Both the position numbers and the translations under genes were made by a program. The notes under the pieces were generated by a model. That model saw only the letters and a program-made list of their open reading frames with translations. It did no database searches and was not told the DNA's origin. Shown in pieces: positions 61,408-64,000 of a stretch of 64,000 bases of DNA (its first letter is position 1; every line of letters starts with the position of its first letter). The DNA is taken from NCBI GenBank assembly GCA_907165135.1, contig OU015568.1, positions 14,384,001-14,448,000 on the forward strand, written 5' to 3'. This stretch comes from Oikopleura dioica (lineage: Eukaryota; Animalia; Chordata).

Positions 61408-62677
61408 ATGTCGAAGCTTTTGCGAAATGTTACCCGAATGGTGTCTGCTCGATCCAAGCACACTTGCACCTTGATTCCTGGCGATGGTATTGGCCCAGAG
61501 ATCTCTGCTGCTGTTGCCAAGATCTTCGACGCCGCTGGGGCTCCAATCGATTGGGAAGAGAGAGACGTTTACGCTATCCAGGAGCCAGATGGCAGCTGGG
61601 TCCTCCCCGAGCCCGCTCGGGAATCCATCAACAAGAACAAGGTCGGTCTTAAGGGTCCCCTTGCTACTCCTATTGGCGCTGGTCATCCCTCCATGAATCT
61701 CATGCTCCGAAAGACTTTCGGTCTTTACGCCAACGTCCGACCATGCAAGGTAACAAAAACCATCTCAATCTATCTTCTTACCTCTTTCCCAGTCTATCGT
61801 CGGCCACCAGACCAAGTACGAAGATGTCGACATCGTCACCATTCGAGAAAACACTGAAGGTGAATACTCTGGCATCGAGCACGAAATCGTCCCCGGCGTC
61901 GTCCAGTCCATCAAGCTTATCACTGACACCGCTACCCGAAACGTCTGCCGACACGCTTTCGAATACGCTCGACAGAACGGTCGGGACCGAATCACCTGCG
62001 TCCACAAGGTTGGCGAATCCTCTTTGGCTCCATGTTGAATTCATATCTTTTAGGCCAACATCATGCGAAAGGCTGACGGTACTTTCCTCCGAGTCGCTCG
62101 AGAAATCGCCGAAGAATACCCTGACATCAAGTTCGAAGATGCTTACCTCGACACTGTCTGCCTCCGAGTAAGAGAGACTCCTCTTAATCAAAGCGCAATA
62201 GTTTCTTTTAGATCGTCCAGGATCCCTCTCAGTACGACATGCTCGTCATGCCCAACCTTTACGGTGATATCCTCTCCGATCTTGGAGCTGGTCTCATCGG
62301 TGGTCTCGGTCTTACTCCATCTGGAAACATCGGTGCTGACGGTGTCGCCCTCTTTGAATCTGTATGCTCAGACCTACCAATTCTTTCTTCTACTTAAAAA
62401 TCTAGGTCCACGGCTCTGCCCCAGACATCGCTGGTCAGGACAAGGCCAACCCAACTGCTCTTCTCCTCTCCGCCGTCATGATGTTGAGACACTTGAACTA
62501 CATGGAGATCGCCTCCGCCATCGAGACCGCCTGCTTCGATACCATCGCCTCTGGAACCAAGACTGGTGATCTTGGAGGAACCGCCAAGGTATTCAATATC
62601 CTCAAATAACTCCCATTTAAATATTTTTCTAGTGCACTGAATTCACTGAGGCCATCTGCGCTCGACTGAGAAACTAA
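61408..62677 (+). CDS. IDH3A: NAD-dependent isocitrate dehydrogenase subunit alpha, mitochondrial
   Basis: [70 protein letters not shown]. Confidence 0.93.
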
Positions 62678-63104
62678 GTTATTACAATTATTCCTTGCTG
62701 TCTAAAATACAACATCAACAAGTTAAAATCAATCTCAAGCACATGCAAATCTATCGGACTTCTTCAATGGAATTCTATGTGTTCAAACTATTTATTTGGG
62801 CCTCGTCCCTCTTCAGTTGCTTTTGTTAAAACAGACAGTGACAAATAAAAAAACCTTTTGCTACTCTTTCAATAGTTTCTGATATGTTTTCGATAAACTT
62901 ATCTGACTCTATTTTTTATCTCTCTGATTGACCACAAATGTCGACTGAGTAGGATCCAAATATTGAATTATCGTTAAAATTATTGATTCCATCATTGATT
63001 TATTCGATATATTGGAACCTACTCCTGTTCAATAATTTTTATTCAATTTTCTCGATTGTCGTCATTTAGGGCCAATCGGCTAACGTCTCTTTGATTTTCT
63101 AGCA

Positions 63105-64000
63105 ATGGATGACTACCGCAGTAAATATAGATCAGGGCTGGGTGGTTCTGATAGTTCACAGGGAAATAGACAAGGGTTATTTGTAAAAGGAGGAGTTCAA
63201 AAATCAAATGTGGAAGGTGGCGTCCAGGAACAAGTTGTTACGAAAAGCCACTACACTGAAGAAAGGGTTGATGAGGGACCCGATGCTAAGAAAAGGTTAA
63301 GAGGGCTAGATACAAGTTTTTAAACCTGTATTTCAGTAAAATGGACATGATCCACGATGAAGACTATCAGAAAACTCTTTTCCGCTGCTCAAAATTACAT
63401 GGGCCAAAAACACAAGAAAGATCTGATGGATAACATCCGCAGATTTAACTGGAAAGTTCAAAATGGCCAGAAAAGCTCTCGGATCAAAGTAAGCCCGACC
63501 GAGTTTCAAAGGACTAAGCAAGATTTTTTAGGCGAATGATATAAAGGGCTACTTGCACATTTGGTGCAATCAACGAAGAGTCACACCAGAATTTAACTAC
63601 AAAGAACTGGGAAATCGACACAAGAAACTCTTTAGCTGCTCGATTCAAATAAGCGGACTCGATTTTATTTCAATCAAAGAAGCGAGAAGCAAGAAAGAAG
63701 CGCAAAACGAAGCAACTTGGGAATATTGCAATAAACTCGCGGAACTTGGCTTCATGGACAAAGAAGACTTCCCGAAGAAAGAAAAGGTCGCGACGAACGC
63801 TGCAGGAAGCATTCCACAAGACTGGCATCAAATCGTCACGAATGAACACATCGAGGAAGCGGGCGGCTGGACACCAGACAGTTGTCAGAAGCGATTACAG
63901 ACATTTTGCAGTACGGAAAAAGTCTCGTGCGAAATTCAAAACTCTTCGATGGGACCTGACCACGCAAAAATCCAAATCGCCGAGCTTCGACTGACCCTGA
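63105..64000 (+). CDS. DHX9: DHX9/RNA helicase A-like, 5' part with two dsRBDs; continues beyond the window
   Basis: DIKGYLHIWC...KEAQNEA..YCNKL (dsRBD1) and GGWTPDSCQKRLQTFCSTEK...MGPDHAKIQIAEL (dsRBD2); joining of the upstream exons is uncertain. Confidence 0.72.

Noticed and set aside
63336-63530. Possible further frameshift in the DHX9 5' extension
   Set aside because: Exon structure is ambiguous here; an indel cannot be told apart from alternative splicing or a separate start
1-64000. tRNA, rRNA, CRISPR arrays, autonomous transposase or retroelement ORFs
   Set aside because: None recognisable by eye; a covariance-model scan (tRNAscan-SE, Infernal/Rfam) would be needed to exclude small ncRNAs

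Overview
Gene-dense eukaryotic DNA with many 35-50 nt introns, frequent GA/GG/GC-AG introns, runs of co-oriented genes 40-150 nt apart with an AG just upstream of the ATG, and many MITE-like palindromes. This fits an appendicularian tunicate, most likely Oikopleura dioica (inference). About 29 spliced protein-coding genes can be assembled by eye: MGAT2 (3' end), ENL/AF9, TMEM143, DDX11 (with a nested antisense CENP-B/pogo HTH gene), an EGF-repeat protein, a small 6-Cys secreted peptide, two convergent Cys-rich/Kelch-like paralogues around a Rab, AKAP1, NSUN4, IER3IP1, a BTB-RGG protein, a CatSper delta/epsilon-like protein, ETFRF1, ACP2, two AIG1-like genes, MED19, TMEM214, FIP1L1, PURA, an arylsulfatase, IDH3A, DHX9 (5' end) and three unassigned genes. 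The most notable observation is two TIR elements inside coding exons of an otherwise open TMEM214. Precise removal of either would need non-canonical GT-TG or GA-AT ends, so they are candidate transposon-born introns. Also notable: an NSUN4 lacking both catalytic cysteines, the nested CENP-B-like gene, a BTB+RGG+PY-NLS protein, and a GATGA...TCATC transposon family with 3-bp TSDs. Three single-base homopolymer deletions look like assembly errors. Family calls come from remembered motifs; no searches were run. CDS coordinates span introns.
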